Origin: Candidatus Micrarchaeota archaeon
Lineage (GTDB): Archaea > Micrarchaeota > Micrarchaeia > Anstonellales > Bilamarchaeaceae
Direction: 5' to 3'
DNA length: 64,000 nucleotides
Assembly: GCA_038046765.1 (NCBI GenBank)
Contig: JBBSVN010000012.1
Span: 36,044-100,043, forward strand
The notes below the pieces were generated by a model. It had not been told where the DNA came from and did not search any database. It saw nothing but the letters and a program-made list of their open reading frames with translations. The translations under genes and the position numbers were made by a program. The stretch's first letter is position 1. Each line of letters starts with the position of its first letter. Positions 19,789 to 29,658 of the stretch are shown piece after piece.

Positions 19789-20574
19789 TTAAATATTAAT
19801 TTTTTCTAGTACAATCTTAAGTCCGTTTGCTGATAAAAAACCAAGTGAAAATGCGTGGAACGGATTTAGAATGAACATTGAATAAATAATGCCTAGCACC
19901 CATGCAGCAACCCCAAATATAATCTGGTGTTTTGTCTTAGTTGGGCTGGTTCTAGGTTCAGTTACCATAAAAAATGCTCCAAAAAACGGAAAGTATGCTA
20001 AACCTGCAGTTCCGGCCATTAAGAAGATCGTGATCGTATAAGTAATAAGATATGTCACGCTCGCTGTAATTCTTTTTATTTTTATCGCAACAAGTAATCC
20101 CAGAATTACTAATGCTCCAGTTCCAATTAAATTCTGCAAGCTACTATTGCCCCAGCCTAGTAAAAATTGCTCTCCAGTTGTTAATACACCTGTTGCTGAT
20201 AATAAAATAATTGCGCTAAACATTCCTAAAGAAGCTGGATTAAATATGGGTTTTTTTTCAAAGCGAATAATATGTTTTAGTAACATCGATATTGCTGAAA
20301 CTGCGCCTATTAATAAGTACTGGCCAGGCATGATTATATTTGCAATTATTAATGCAGCGATAGTCGCTGAATCCCCATATATAATTTTCTTTGTCTTTAT
20401 GTACGTAATCCCTATGTCAAATGCTTGGGCGATTATTACTGCCAAAATTCCTGAAAGTATGACTCTATCGTATCCGAAACTCGAAGCGTTTAGTAACGCA
20501 GTAACAATCAATGCTATTATAATTAACTTATACGCATCTGGTAATTTTTTTTCAATATCTCTAAGTAATTTCAT
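19789..20574 (-). CDS. Polytopic membrane protein of the RnfD/NqrB-like family.
   Basis: FFMVTEPRTSP resembles the FxMxTDPxTSP signature of RnfD/NqrB. Multiple TM helices. Confidence 0.35.
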   Translation of the reverse strand: MKLLRDIEKKLPDAYKLIIIALIVTALLNASSFGYDRVILSGILAVIIAQAFDIGITYIKTKKIIYGDSATIAALIIANIIMPGQYLLIGAVSAISMLLKHIIRFEKKPIFNPASLGMFSAIILLSATGVLTTGEQFLLGWGNSSLQNLIGTGALVILGLLVAIKIKRITASVTYLITYTITIFLMAGTAGLAYFPFFGAFFMVTEPRTSPTKTKHQIIFGVAAWVLGIIYSMFILNPFHAFSLGFLSANGLKIVLEKINI

Positions 20575-20645
20575 TTTATCTACCTACAAATAGTTTGTTG
20601 ATTTCTATTATTCTTATATAATCGTACTTTAGTTTAATTTAAAAA

Positions 20646-22640
20646 TCATCTATAAAAATTCAAATCCTTCTTCTTTATTACAATGTATCCAATTATGATT
20701 GCTAAAACTACAAAGTATGACGATAGCGCGGCAAAGTCTGCAATCGGGTCTCCATTTGTTATCAAAACTACTTTGAATATGTTCGTTACGTGAGCTAGCG
20801 GAAGCAACTGCTGCAGGACTTGCGTATAATTTGGTAATAAATCAGGAGAAAATAAAATATTTCCAAGGAAAAGCATTGGTATTGCGAGCATAAGAGCTCC
20901 TTGAATTGCTGCTGATTCTGTTTTAGCATAAAAACCAATCAAAAGTCCTATCGAAGCTAGTACTAATCCAGATATAATTATTCCAGTTAAAAGTAGTGAT
21001 ATATCATTTGGCATGCTTACACCAAATAGTCCGACTGCAATAATTATTATCAAAAATATCTGCCCTATTGAAAGCAATACTATTGTGATTAATTTTCCAA
21101 ATATTAAACTTCCAAGAGAGCCTGGTGCCATTAACGCTCTGATTATTGTTCCGTTTGTTTTTTCCTTTACTAAGCTAATTGATGCTAGTAGGAAACAAGA
21201 AAGTAGTAGCGAAATTGATATTACCTGCGGCATTAGAAAATCAACAAAACTCGAACGAGTATACTGGTTTTCAAGTTTTACTGAAAGCGGTTCTGCAATC
21301 TGATCTGGATTTTTTCCTGTTTGTGTTGCGACTGTTTTTTGCAGTGATCCTATAAGTTTATCTACTGAACCTGTCTGATCAAGTATCTGGTCAAATACTT
21401 CATTTATATCTCCTATTGTGGAATTTATTCTTTCTAATACTGTTCGTAATTTGCTGATTTGAAGTTGTGCGCTTGCAAATGAGCTGTTCAAGTTAGTCAG
21501 GCTTTGATCTGCTTTACCCAGCGTAGCTATTAGTTTTGCCTGTTCATTGCCGTTTATTTGTTTTGTTAGGCTAATTTGTGTTGCGTAATTACTTATCTCT
21601 AGTTTAATTGATTGTAATGTTACATTTAACTGTTCTAATTGTATTGTTTCGTTTAGTGCATCCTTTCTTTGTTGCTCTGTACTATTTCTAAGTGCTTCTA
21701 ATGAAAATATTTGGATGTCAAGTGCGGTCACAGTTATATTTGCCGAACTGCTGTTAGAATTTTGTACTTGCGCCCTTAGGAACTTAAGCGCACTAATCGA
21801 TGTATTGAGGTTAGCGATATTCGTGTTTAAGTTTTTAGTTTGTTTTACTAATTTATCGTGACTATCTTCAAGTATTGTTATTGCCTGATTTACTGCCTTA
21901 CTGGAATTATCTATAAAATTCTCGCTTTGATTAAATAATTGCTCGTTTTGCATCGATGCATTTTGCAATTCTGCTTTTTGACTTGCTAATATCTCCTTAA
22001 GGTTAGTTGTCTGGTCTGCTGCACTTGTTATTGAGTTTTCAAGAGATCCGATATCCAGTGAACTGATGTTTTCCTTTATCTGATTTAAAATCAATTTAGT
22101 TTCCCTCATCCTAACCTGGCTTTGTGTTATTTGTGCTCCAAGCGATGCTGCAGTTGCATTAAGAGATTTTAAGTCATTCCAAGCTGAACTTACATATGTT
22201 TTTGTTATGTTGACTGATGATGCTTGTACTACTGATGACATTGCTGAAATTATTGCCTGCTCAAGGGCAAGGTCGGAGTTATCAATTATAATTCTTATTT
22301 GGGATTTGTTTTCGGTTGATAGAGCATACTCAAAATTTTGAGGTATTACTATTAATGCTCTTAATTGCCCGTTTTTAAGTGTGTCCCGTGCCTCATCTTC
22401 CGTTGGAAATGATTTTACATTAAATGCCTTTGATTCATTTAACTCTTCTAAAAGTGCAGAACTAAATGTCGTATTTTCAGATGAAACTAATCCTATTGGC
22501 AATCCTTTTATATCGATTGAACGAAAAGAGCTGCCCATAAATAGCATTATAAAAATTGGAAAAATAATTAACGCAGTAAGCATAGTCTTGTCGTGCGATA
22601 TTTCCCGAAATTCCTTTTTTATTGCCGATAAAAGCTTCAT
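20646..22640 (-). CDS. ABC-2 type exporter permease with a large extracytoplasmic coiled-coil insert (YhgE/Pip-like).
   Basis: An N-terminal TM helix, then a roughly 400 aa Q/N/S-rich helical region, then a C-terminal ABC-2 TM bundle. Overlaps the upstream ATPase gene by 4 nt. Confidence 0.65.
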   Translation of the reverse strand: MKLLSAIKKEFREISHDKTMLTALIIFPIFIMLFMGSSFRSIDIKGLPIGLVSSENTTFSSALLEELNESKAFNVKSFPTEDEARDTLKNGQLRALIVIPQNFEYALSTENKSQIRIIIDNSDLALEQAIISAMSSVVQASSVNITKTYVSSAWNDLKSLNATAASLGAQITQSQVRMRETKLILNQIKENISSLDIGSLENSITSAADQTTNLKEILASQKAELQNASMQNEQLFNQSENFIDNSSKAVNQAITILEDSHDKLVKQTKNLNTNIANLNTSISALKFLRAQVQNSNSSSANITVTALDIQIFSLEALRNSTEQQRKDALNETIQLEQLNVTLQSIKLEISNYATQISLTKQINGNEQAKLIATLGKADQSLTNLNSSFASAQLQISKLRTVLERINSTIGDINEVFDQILDQTGSVDKLIGSLQKTVATQTGKNPDQIAEPLSVKLENQYTRSSFVDFLMPQVISISLLLSCFLLASISLVKEKTNGTIIRALMAPGSLGSLIFGKLITIVLLSIGQIFLIIIIAVGLFGVSMPNDISLLLTGIIISGLVLASIGLLIGFYAKTESAAIQGALMLAIPMLFLGNILFSPDLLPNYTQVLQQLLPLAHVTNIFKVVLITNGDPIADFAALSSYFVVLAIIIGYIVIKKKDLNFYR

Positions 22641-23377
22641 TTAGTCACCTTTGATACTCCCTCGGGTTTTACTAAATGTGCAAAAACATCTTCCATTTGT
22701 TTTAGTTTGTATTTTGTTTTTAACTCGTTAGGCGTTCCACTTGCAACTATTCTTCCAGCAAACATTATTGCAACTCTGTCGCAAAGTTCTTCAATTTCTT
22801 CCATGTAATGTGATGTAATAACTATTGTTTTTTTCAATTTATGAAGTTCTTTAATAATTAACCAGATCTCCCTTCTTACAACTGGGTCAAGTCCAACTGT
22901 CGGTTCATCAAGAAATATTATCTTAGGTTCATGTATTAGCGAACAAGCCATATTTAATCTGCGTTTCATTCCACCTGATAGATTGCTTGCAATGACATTT
23001 TTTTTGTCTGTTAATTTCATATCCTGCAAAAGTTTGCTTATTCTTGTTTTTATGTCTTTACCATTGACACCAAATTGCTCCGCAAAAAATTCAAGATTTT
23101 CCAATACGCTTAAAGTTTCATAAAATGAGTTTTCTTGAGTTACAAATCCGATATCTAGAGATGAAATTTCTCCGATATTTTTCCCAAGTATTGTAATTGA
23201 CCCTGACGAGGCTGGAATTAATTTTGATAGCATGTTAAATGTCGTAGTCTTTCCAGAACCATTTGATCCTAGCATTCCAAATATTTCTCCTTCTTCAACT
23301 GTAAATGAAATATTGTCTACAATTATCTTTTCTTTGATAATTTTGACTAGTTCTGTTACGTGGACTGCAACTACCAT
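22637..23377 (-). CDS. ABC transporter ATP-binding protein.
   Basis: Walker A GSNGSGKTT, signature LSGGMKRR, Walker B IIFLDEPTVGLD. Confidence 0.85.
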   Translation of the reverse strand: MVVAVHVTELVKIIKEKIIVDNISFTVEEGEIFGMLGSNGSGKTTTFNMLSKLIPASSGSITILGKNIGEISSLDIGFVTQENSFYETLSVLENLEFFAEQFGVNGKDIKTRISKLLQDMKLTDKKNVIASNLSGGMKRRLNMACSLIHEPKIIFLDEPTVGLDPVVRREIWLIIKELHKLKKTIVITSHYMEEIEELCDRVAIMFAGRIVASGTPNELKTKYKLKQMEDVFAHLVKPEGVSKVTK

Positions 23378-23415
23378 ATATCTTATGGTACTTTTAGGGT
23401 TTTTAAATACCTCTT

Positions 23416-23425
23416 TTTTATAATT
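23416..23425 (+). promoter_or_regulatory. TATA-like box (ttttttataa) about 34 bp upstream of the GNAT start.
   Basis: Sequence motif only. Confidence 0.25.
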
Positions 23426-23458
23426 CTTTTATTAATCTTTGGCATACAAAGTAAATCT

Positions 23459-23902
23459 ATGCAAATCAAAACAGTCAATTCTACAAAAGAAATTCAAAGA
23501 ATCGTTCCTGTGTTTATCAAAATATTTGGCTCCACACCATTTAATGAAAAATGGTCGATAGATCAGGCATACAAACGACTTTTGTTCTTACACTCGCTTG
23601 GAAAAAAATTCTGCTTTTATATTGTCGAGTCTAACGAAATTCTTGGTTTTATGTTTTGTCGCGTTATGGTGTGGCCCGAAGGCTATCGCATTTTTGTTGA
23701 GGATATGGGCGTACTTCCAGAACATCAACATAAAGGTTTAGGCAAATTATTAATCGAAGAACTTGAAAAACAGGCTAGTATTTTTGGAATTAAAACAATC
23801 GAACTAGAAATTCTTGATGAATCAACTGGTGCTTCGTTTTGGCCTAAATTTGGGTACAAATATTCTAAACGAAAGGTATTTTCTAAAACTATTATCCAAT
23901 AA
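23459..23902 (+). CDS. GNAT family N-acetyltransferase. The ORF is open from 23360; the likely start is MQIKTV.
   Basis: Motif A QHKGLGKLLIEELEK (Q/RxxGxG/A). Confidence 0.65.
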   Translation: MQIKTVNSTKEIQRIVPVFIKIFGSTPFNEKWSIDQAYKRLLFLHSLGKKFCFYIVESNEILGFMFCRVMVWPEGYRIFVEDMGVLPEHQHKGLGKLLIEELEKQASIFGIKTIELEILDESTGASFWPKFGYKYSKRKVFSKTIIQ

Positions 23903-23909
23903 GGATTAA

Positions 23910-24887
23910 CTAGCAGTAATCGCTCGTTTTACCTGCTGTACCATCTGCTCCTGGTAAGTTCCTTATAACTTTTTGGTCTTCAATGGGTAAGTTGTCAAAC
24001 CAACATATCGCATGAAATGCGAACCATCTAATTGGCCAATGTTTTTGTCTGTAACTTGGATTCTTAGACGCCTGATTTTCTTTTCTTAGGTCATAAACGC
24101 CCCAATCGAAAAATACATTGTTTGGTAAACCCACTTTAATTGCAATAAGATCCCCCTTCTTAATCTGAATTGGAGGGGTGCTCGTAGTTCTAGAGTCCTG
24201 TTCTTTAGCTTCTGGAAAATCATTTGCTAATTTATTAAATTCTGCAGATAGTTCAAGAAGATGTCCTAAACGGTACATTATTCCACATGAATTAACTATA
24301 TCAAAAGCGTATTGGATAGTTCCACCTTCTAAGTATCTAGCACCTCGCCAAACATAACCATCAAAAGGTGCGCGAACCTCAATTTCATTATTTTTTTGGT
24401 TATCAAATCTAAATCCACCATGAGGTTTGTAATCATCCCCTGTGTTTACATTTTGTCCTCTATACTGACCCGGGTATAACATTGATGTTACTTTGCTTAG
24501 ATCAGTTGGATTTTGAAATAGGACAGGCCCACAATCTGGCGGGTTTCCAGTTGGTATCCAATTATTTCCAGAATAGTTATAATCCCATTCTACATTTTGA
24601 TTCGTTATTTGTCCGATTATATTTTGTAGTTTAGGGATAAATTCTGGAAATATCATTTCTTGTGGCACGTTACTATTGCTTTGATTAATCTGGGATTTAT
24701 TATCAGAACCATTTTGTGAGTAATTTTGAAAACTATTTTGCTCAATTGGGGAGCCCGTAATCGCCGATGTATTATTTGGTGCAATAAATTTGTCATTGTA
24801 ATTATTTTGTTTAGGTACTGCTGCACAACCCATAAATAAAGTAGCTACAAGAAGCAAAATCAAAGTAACTGTAAAATTTCTTTTCAT
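23910..24887 (-). CDS. Secreted lipoprotein with an N/S/Q-rich linker and a C-terminal domain of unknown function.
   Basis: Signal peptide plus lipobox LFMGC, then a low-complexity NYS-rich stretch. Confidence 0.5.
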   Translation of the reverse strand: MKRNFTVTLILLLVATLFMGCAAVPKQNNYNDKFIAPNNTSAITGSPIEQNSFQNYSQNGSDNKSQINQSNSNVPQEMIFPEFIPKLQNIIGQITNQNVEWDYNYSGNNWIPTGNPPDCGPVLFQNPTDLSKVTSMLYPGQYRGQNVNTGDDYKPHGGFRFDNQKNNEIEVRAPFDGYVWRGARYLEGGTIQYAFDIVNSCGIMYRLGHLLELSAEFNKLANDFPEAKEQDSRTTSTPPIQIKKGDLIAIKVGLPNNVFFDWGVYDLRKENQASKNPSYRQKHWPIRWFAFHAICWFDNLPIEDQKVIRNLPGADGTAGKTSDYC

Positions 24888-24889
24888 GT

Positions 24890-27406
24890 TTATCCCTGCT
24901 TATTTTGACTAGTTTTTTTATTGTATAAAAATAAACCAATACCTAAAAATAAAAATACATAAAGTAACGGACAAATTGTATTATTAAAAACTCTTTTAAC
25001 TGGTGGTTTTGTCTCTGTTGTTTCATTTGTATCTGGATCATTTATTTCATTTGTAGTTCCAGTTTCTTTTTTACCTTCTGTTTGTAATCCTTTAGCCATA
25101 AATTTAACTGTACAAGCATCTCCAACAAAATCCCCATTTGAATCTTTTTGATCACTGTTTGAAATTTTAGGGCAGTTATCTAGTGTATCAACAATGCCAT
25201 CTTTGTCAATATCGCTGCATCCTTCATCAATTAATCCATCGCCATCATTATCTTGCCCATCGCAAGCTTCGCCTAAAAATGGAACTAATGGTGGATATCT
25301 TTCATCAGTATCTTCGCTTATTTTTCCTAAATTATTTCTTATTGCGTTTAATTCCGGACAGCTATTTTTAAGACTAGATAATCCAATCACATCATTTTCT
25401 GTCATAGTTCCGTTAATTCCATAATACGGGCAGCCGATAGGAAGTATGGCGTTTTTCCAGTCATTAGTTCCATTTAATTTAGTTAATGAACCATTTGCAG
25501 TGTCATATTCATTATCTCTATTTCCGTTTACGTTTACAGTCTGGCTTCCTGCAAAATTACTATCGCAATTCCAGTCAACTGCTGAACCATTTAATCCAAA
25601 CATAATCATTAAACTGGAATTTGTACGAGTGCGTCCAATTACACCATTTCCAAAAGCTGCGCTTCGTCCGTTGTTTGTACAAGTATAATAAGAAAGCGCC
25701 AGCGGATTAGATGAAATAATTCCATTTGTTTCACTTAAACCTGCATTCTCGTCAAGCGTGCTAAGTTTTTCATCTGAATAATCTAAATCATAAATAATTC
25801 CTAAAGGCGTATTTCGTGGAATCCCGCTAAATTGGAAATAGTAATTCATGATGCTTCGATAATTTGGTTTAAAGTGCGTGTTATCAAATGCAAGTTCTTT
25901 TTCTAACCTGCCGCCATGACCTAGCATCAATGTGTGCCCAAATTCATGCATTAACGTTCCTGCTACTGCAGTAGTATTTGAACCGTTGCGCATTGCAACA
26001 AAGAAATTTCCACCTACTGTTGCCTGGCCAGTTGTATTTTCCTTTTCATGCGTAAATATTCCGTAACGAAATATTCCCGCTCGATTTATATCAAAATTAT
26101 CTTTTTTTATGTCAAACAAATATTTACTATTATTTGTATAAAATGCGCGCGCTTCGTTACTGTCATTTAAAGAAAACTGGTCCCATTCTGCCTGCGGTTG
26201 TTCTGTGATTGCATTTCCTTCGCCCCATTGTCCAATATCAATATGCAAAGTTATATCTCTATTAGCAAATGCGTTAACTACCATCTGTAACGATTCATTT
26301 GTTGGTTTATGTGTGTGAGAGCCATCTTCCATCCAATCAAGTTCTAAAAACAAATCCTTCTTTAGTGGGTTAGCCCCCATTGCGGGTAAATCTACCAGCG
26401 TTCGTCCATTTTTAACTAATCCATAAACTTCTAAACCATCGCTTAAGCCATCTGCATCTGTATCTGCGTTCTTCGGGTCTGTTCCAAAAACGCTTTCATT
26501 TATATCGACAATTCCATCTTTATCACTATCAATTTTCATCCATGCGTCGGGGTCAGGAATTTCTATATTCCAGGAAACGCTCCAGGGTGTGCTGCCGTAA
26601 ACTGATATTGGGCCTGCATATGTCAGTCCTCCAAAATCTACATTTGAATATCCTGAAATTATACTCGCTTTCATCTGGTTTCCAGTTGGTTCAAGTGCTT
26701 TAAATGATCCGGAATAGGAAAACTGGTTTTCAGGATTTGCGTCAAACAATGTAATTGGGACGGAAAAAGTACCTGCAGTTAATCGTGAAAATGTTGTTGT
26801 TTGCCTCGCACCACTACAAACTGGATTTATATTTGGGGAAGTTTTAGTTACCTGCGTAATGTCTGTTTTAGTTACTGGAATTATTAATTTTCCAGCTAAA
26901 GAAAGTTCGGGATTTCCACTTAAGCCTGTTTTTTTGTAAATTAATTTTAAATCATAACCTTTTAGGTGAATCAAATTCCCGTTTGAGTCTTTGCCGTTAC
27001 CTGTGCTATATGGGACATTTAAGTTTGAAATTTTGTCGGACCCAGTAGCATTAACTTCTGTTATATATGCGCATTCCTTGCCCCCCGTATTAGTCTGCTG
27101 GTCAATACTCCACTCTACTGCCTCGTTCTGAAATTTAAAAGCCCGATCAGAATATCTAGTAAGGGAGTCAGAGTTCGGATCAATTTCTAAAAGATACCCA
27201 GAAATCTTAAAATTTAATTTTTGCTTTACTGAACCTGTGTTTGTTTGAACATTGTATGGCCCAGTATAATCATAAACAAGCGTAATCGTGGTTAACTTAT
27301 CTGAAACAGAATAATTTTTCGATGTATCGTTCTCAATTGCATAAGCAAAGTTCAATATTAATAAAACAAAAACTCCAAAATAAGTCAATTTAGTTAAAAA
27401 TCTCAT
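24890..27406 (-). CDS. Secreted zinc metalloprotease (metzincin-like) with thrombospondin type 3 / calcium-binding Asp repeats and a C-terminal TM anchor.
   Basis: Signal peptide, HEFGHTLMLGH (HExxH...H), DTDADGLSDG and CDGQDNDGDGLIDEGC...DKDGIVD...DSNGDFVGDAC TSP3-like repeats, and a terminal hydrophobic helix followed by KK. Confidence 0.6.
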   Translation of the reverse strand: MRFLTKLTYFGVFVLLILNFAYAIENDTSKNYSVSDKLTTITLVYDYTGPYNVQTNTGSVKQKLNFKISGYLLEIDPNSDSLTRYSDRAFKFQNEAVEWSIDQQTNTGGKECAYITEVNATGSDKISNLNVPYSTGNGKDSNGNLIHLKGYDLKLIYKKTGLSGNPELSLAGKLIIPVTKTDITQVTKTSPNINPVCSGARQTTTFSRLTAGTFSVPITLFDANPENQFSYSGSFKALEPTGNQMKASIISGYSNVDFGGLTYAGPISVYGSTPWSVSWNIEIPDPDAWMKIDSDKDGIVDINESVFGTDPKNADTDADGLSDGLEVYGLVKNGRTLVDLPAMGANPLKKDLFLELDWMEDGSHTHKPTNESLQMVVNAFANRDITLHIDIGQWGEGNAITEQPQAEWDQFSLNDSNEARAFYTNNSKYLFDIKKDNFDINRAGIFRYGIFTHEKENTTGQATVGGNFFVAMRNGSNTTAVAGTLMHEFGHTLMLGHGGRLEKELAFDNTHFKPNYRSIMNYYFQFSGIPRNTPLGIIYDLDYSDEKLSTLDENAGLSETNGIISSNPLALSYYTCTNNGRSAAFGNGVIGRTRTNSSLMIMFGLNGSAVDWNCDSNFAGSQTVNVNGNRDNEYDTANGSLTKLNGTNDWKNAILPIGCPYYGINGTMTENDVIGLSSLKNSCPELNAIRNNLGKISEDTDERYPPLVPFLGEACDGQDNDGDGLIDEGCSDIDKDGIVDTLDNCPKISNSDQKDSNGDFVGDACTVKFMAKGLQTEGKKETGTTNEINDPDTNETTETKPPVKRVFNNTICPLLYVFLFLGIGLFLYNKKTSQNKQG

Positions 27407-27457
27407 AAAAATCTAGGACATCTGTAATTAAAATATCTTACTGCCTCTAGTTGTACT

Positions 27458-28330
27458 ATGGCAAAAAAGAAAAAAGGAATAATTTACTATGTTATTGCTT
27501 TTCTTGGACTAATTTTTAGTGCAGTCAAATTCCTTCTGACTGGAACTTTTAAAATTATTAAATTTCTTGCTATTGCTACTTACAATTTTCTAAATTTTTT
27601 ATTTAAATTTGCTCAAAATTCAATCCAAAAGTCAAATGAACTAAGAAAAGAAGTCGCAAAAGAAGTTATTCGTCCTATAATTACTGCAACATACTCTGCG
27701 TTTGTAGAATTAGAGGAAAAAGCAGGAAATTTACAAGATTTTGAAAATCACATCTATTCTGATAAAAGTTCGGTTGGTTTGATTCTAGGCGCCCGGGGGT
27801 CGGGTAAAAGTGCAATTGGTTTACGCATTCTTGAAAATATTGTCGCAAAATCAAAGCGCAAGGCTTACGCTATGGGCTTTAATAAAGAAGATTTGCCAAA
27901 GTGGATCGAATCTATTAATTCTATTGAAGAAGTCAAAAATAACTCATTCTTGCTTGTTGATGAAGGTGGGGTAGAATTTTCTTCTAGGCAAACGATGTCA
28001 AATGCGAATAAATTACTAAGCGAATTACTTTTGATTAGCAGACACAAGGATCTAAATGTTCTTTTTATTACTCAAAACTCTTCAAATATTGAAGTTAACG
28101 CAATAAGGCAAAGCGATTATCTTGTTCTTAAACCACCATCACTTTTGCAAATGGATTTTGAAAGAAAGAAAATAAAAGATATTTATGAAAGTGTTAAGGA
28201 AAAATTTACTTCCTACAAGGATCAGGTTGGTCTAACTTATATCTATTCTGACCGGTACACTGGCTTTGTGAAAAATGATCTTCCTTCCTTTTGGAGTAAA
28301 AAGGTTAGTACAGCTTATAGCGCCAAATAG
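27458..28330 (+). CDS. Membrane-anchored P-loop NTPase (Zot-like or viral/plasmid assembly ATPase-like).
   Basis: N-terminal TM helices, Walker A GARGSGKS, Walker B FLLVDEGG. Confidence 0.5.
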   Translation: MAKKKKGIIYYVIAFLGLIFSAVKFLLTGTFKIIKFLAIATYNFLNFLFKFAQNSIQKSNELRKEVAKEVIRPIITATYSAFVELEEKAGNLQDFENHIYSDKSSVGLILGARGSGKSAIGLRILENIVAKSKRKAYAMGFNKEDLPKWIESINSIEEVKNNSFLLVDEGGVEFSSRQTMSNANKLLSELLLISRHKDLNVLFITQNSSNIEVNAIRQSDYLVLKPPSLLQMDFERKKIKDIYESVKEKFTSYKDQVGLTYIYSDRYTGFVKNDLPSFWSKKVSTAYSAK

Positions 28331-28840
28331 TTATTTTTTATAAGTTAATTGAACTAGTCCTGTCTCAAATTTCTCTGCTTTGATAAGTTTTAATTCCTTT
28401 CTTATTGCGCTTTCTTTGAACAAATTAATTCCTCTCCCAAGCAGTATCGGGTGGATTGAAATAATAAATTCATCAATTAAATTCTCTTTTAAAAATTCAT
28501 AAATTAGTTCGCTTCCCCCGACCAACCAAATTTTTTTCTTTCCGTTCTTTTGCATGTCTAAAATAAATTTCCTAACACTATTTTTAACAAAAGTTACGTT
28601 TTCATCTTTTTCTCTTTTTTCTTTTTTAGAAAATACAAAACATTCTTTGTCTTTGTGTGGAAAAGTATCAAATGTCAAAGTTGTTTTGTATGTGTTGTTT
28701 CCCATAACTAGCACATCAATACTTTCATAAAACTTAGAGTATCCATAGTCCTGGTCTTGAAAAAGCCAGGCTATTTCACCATTTAGGTCAGCAATAAAGC
28801 CATCTAAGCTACATGCGATAAATAGTGCTATTTTAACCAT
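28331..28840 (-). CDS. Dihydrofolate reductase-like protein (RibD C-terminal domain family).
   Basis: IALFIACSLDGFIA...IWLVGGSELI is the typical DHFR/RibD_C pattern. Confidence 0.6.
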   Translation of the reverse strand: MVKIALFIACSLDGFIADLNGEIAWLFQDQDYGYSKFYESIDVLVMGNNTYKTTLTFDTFPHKDKECFVFSKKEKREKDENVTFVKNSVRKFILDMQKNGKKKIWLVGGSELIYEFLKENLIDEFIISIHPILLGRGINLFKESAIRKELKLIKAEKFETGLVQLTYKK

Positions 28841-28927
28841 AAACGATTGTAAAAGTTAAGAATAAAAATCCAGTGGCTGATACCACTAGTTTTTCATTTG
28901 CTGATGAAAATAAAAAAAAGTAAAAAA

Positions 28928-29377
28928 TTATCTGCAAGTTGGAGCCATCGTTAACATTTTCTCTCCTCTCTTTTCCTTTAGGTGGCTTCCGATTATTTTT
29001 ACAACTGGTCTTTCATCACTTGCTCGTGTGTAAAGCGTTCCATGCCATTCTTTAATTCCAAATTGATCGTTTAATAATTCTAAAACTGTATTAACGTCAA
29101 AGCATCTACAGGAATACAAGTCAAAGTAAAATTCGTTTGACCCATCCTTGTGAGTAAATAAATGCATCGAACAATGGCTAGTTGTAATCATCTGTACAAA
29201 GCTCTGACCTGGAAAATCCAAATCAACTGCATCGGCCCAGTTTAATGGTCCTAGCGGCTTCATTTCTATTGCTTTTAGCAACCTATCCACAAAACGCTGT
29301 GCATCTTCCCTAGGCAAAGCCTTAAAAGAGGGCGAGATCTTCGCGTTAACCGTCAAATGTATATGTTCTAACGACAT
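28928..29377 (-). CDS. S-adenosylmethionine decarboxylase-related protein (SpeH class 1 family). The cleavage-site Ser context is atypical (TS rather than ES).
   Basis: TTSHCSMHLFTHKDGSNEFYFDLYSCRCFD resembles ESHxSxHTWPExxxAxxDxFTCG. Confidence 0.4.
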   Translation of the reverse strand: MSLEHIHLTVNAKISPSFKALPREDAQRFVDRLLKAIEMKPLGPLNWADAVDLDFPGQSFVQMITTSHCSMHLFTHKDGSNEFYFDLYSCRCFDVNTVLELLNDQFGIKEWHGTLYTRASDERPVVKIIGSHLKEKRGEKMLTMAPTCR

Positions 29378-29658
29378 TTCAGATCCTTAATTATTTTTAT
29401 TAAATTAGTATTTTTAAATATATGCCTAAAATTTTTATATTTTTATTTTTCAGACGTATTTTTCATACCTTTTTAATAATTTTTTTCTAATTTTATTTTT
29501 TTATCCTCGATCATTTTTTGCAATTTTTGCATTTTTACGTGTCAAAAACTGATTTTGAAATCTAAAAATATAATTTGCACGCTATTTTTGGGTATTTTAT
29601 TTTTTATAAAAAAATAATTTTCATATATTATTACTGTTATTCTCTTTTTAAATGTTGC

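Noticed and set aside
24890-24990. PGF-CTERM/archaeosortase signal at the C-terminus of the metalloprotease.
   Set aside because: A hydrophobic helix plus KK is present, but no PGF tripeptide. Treated as a generic C-terminal anchor.
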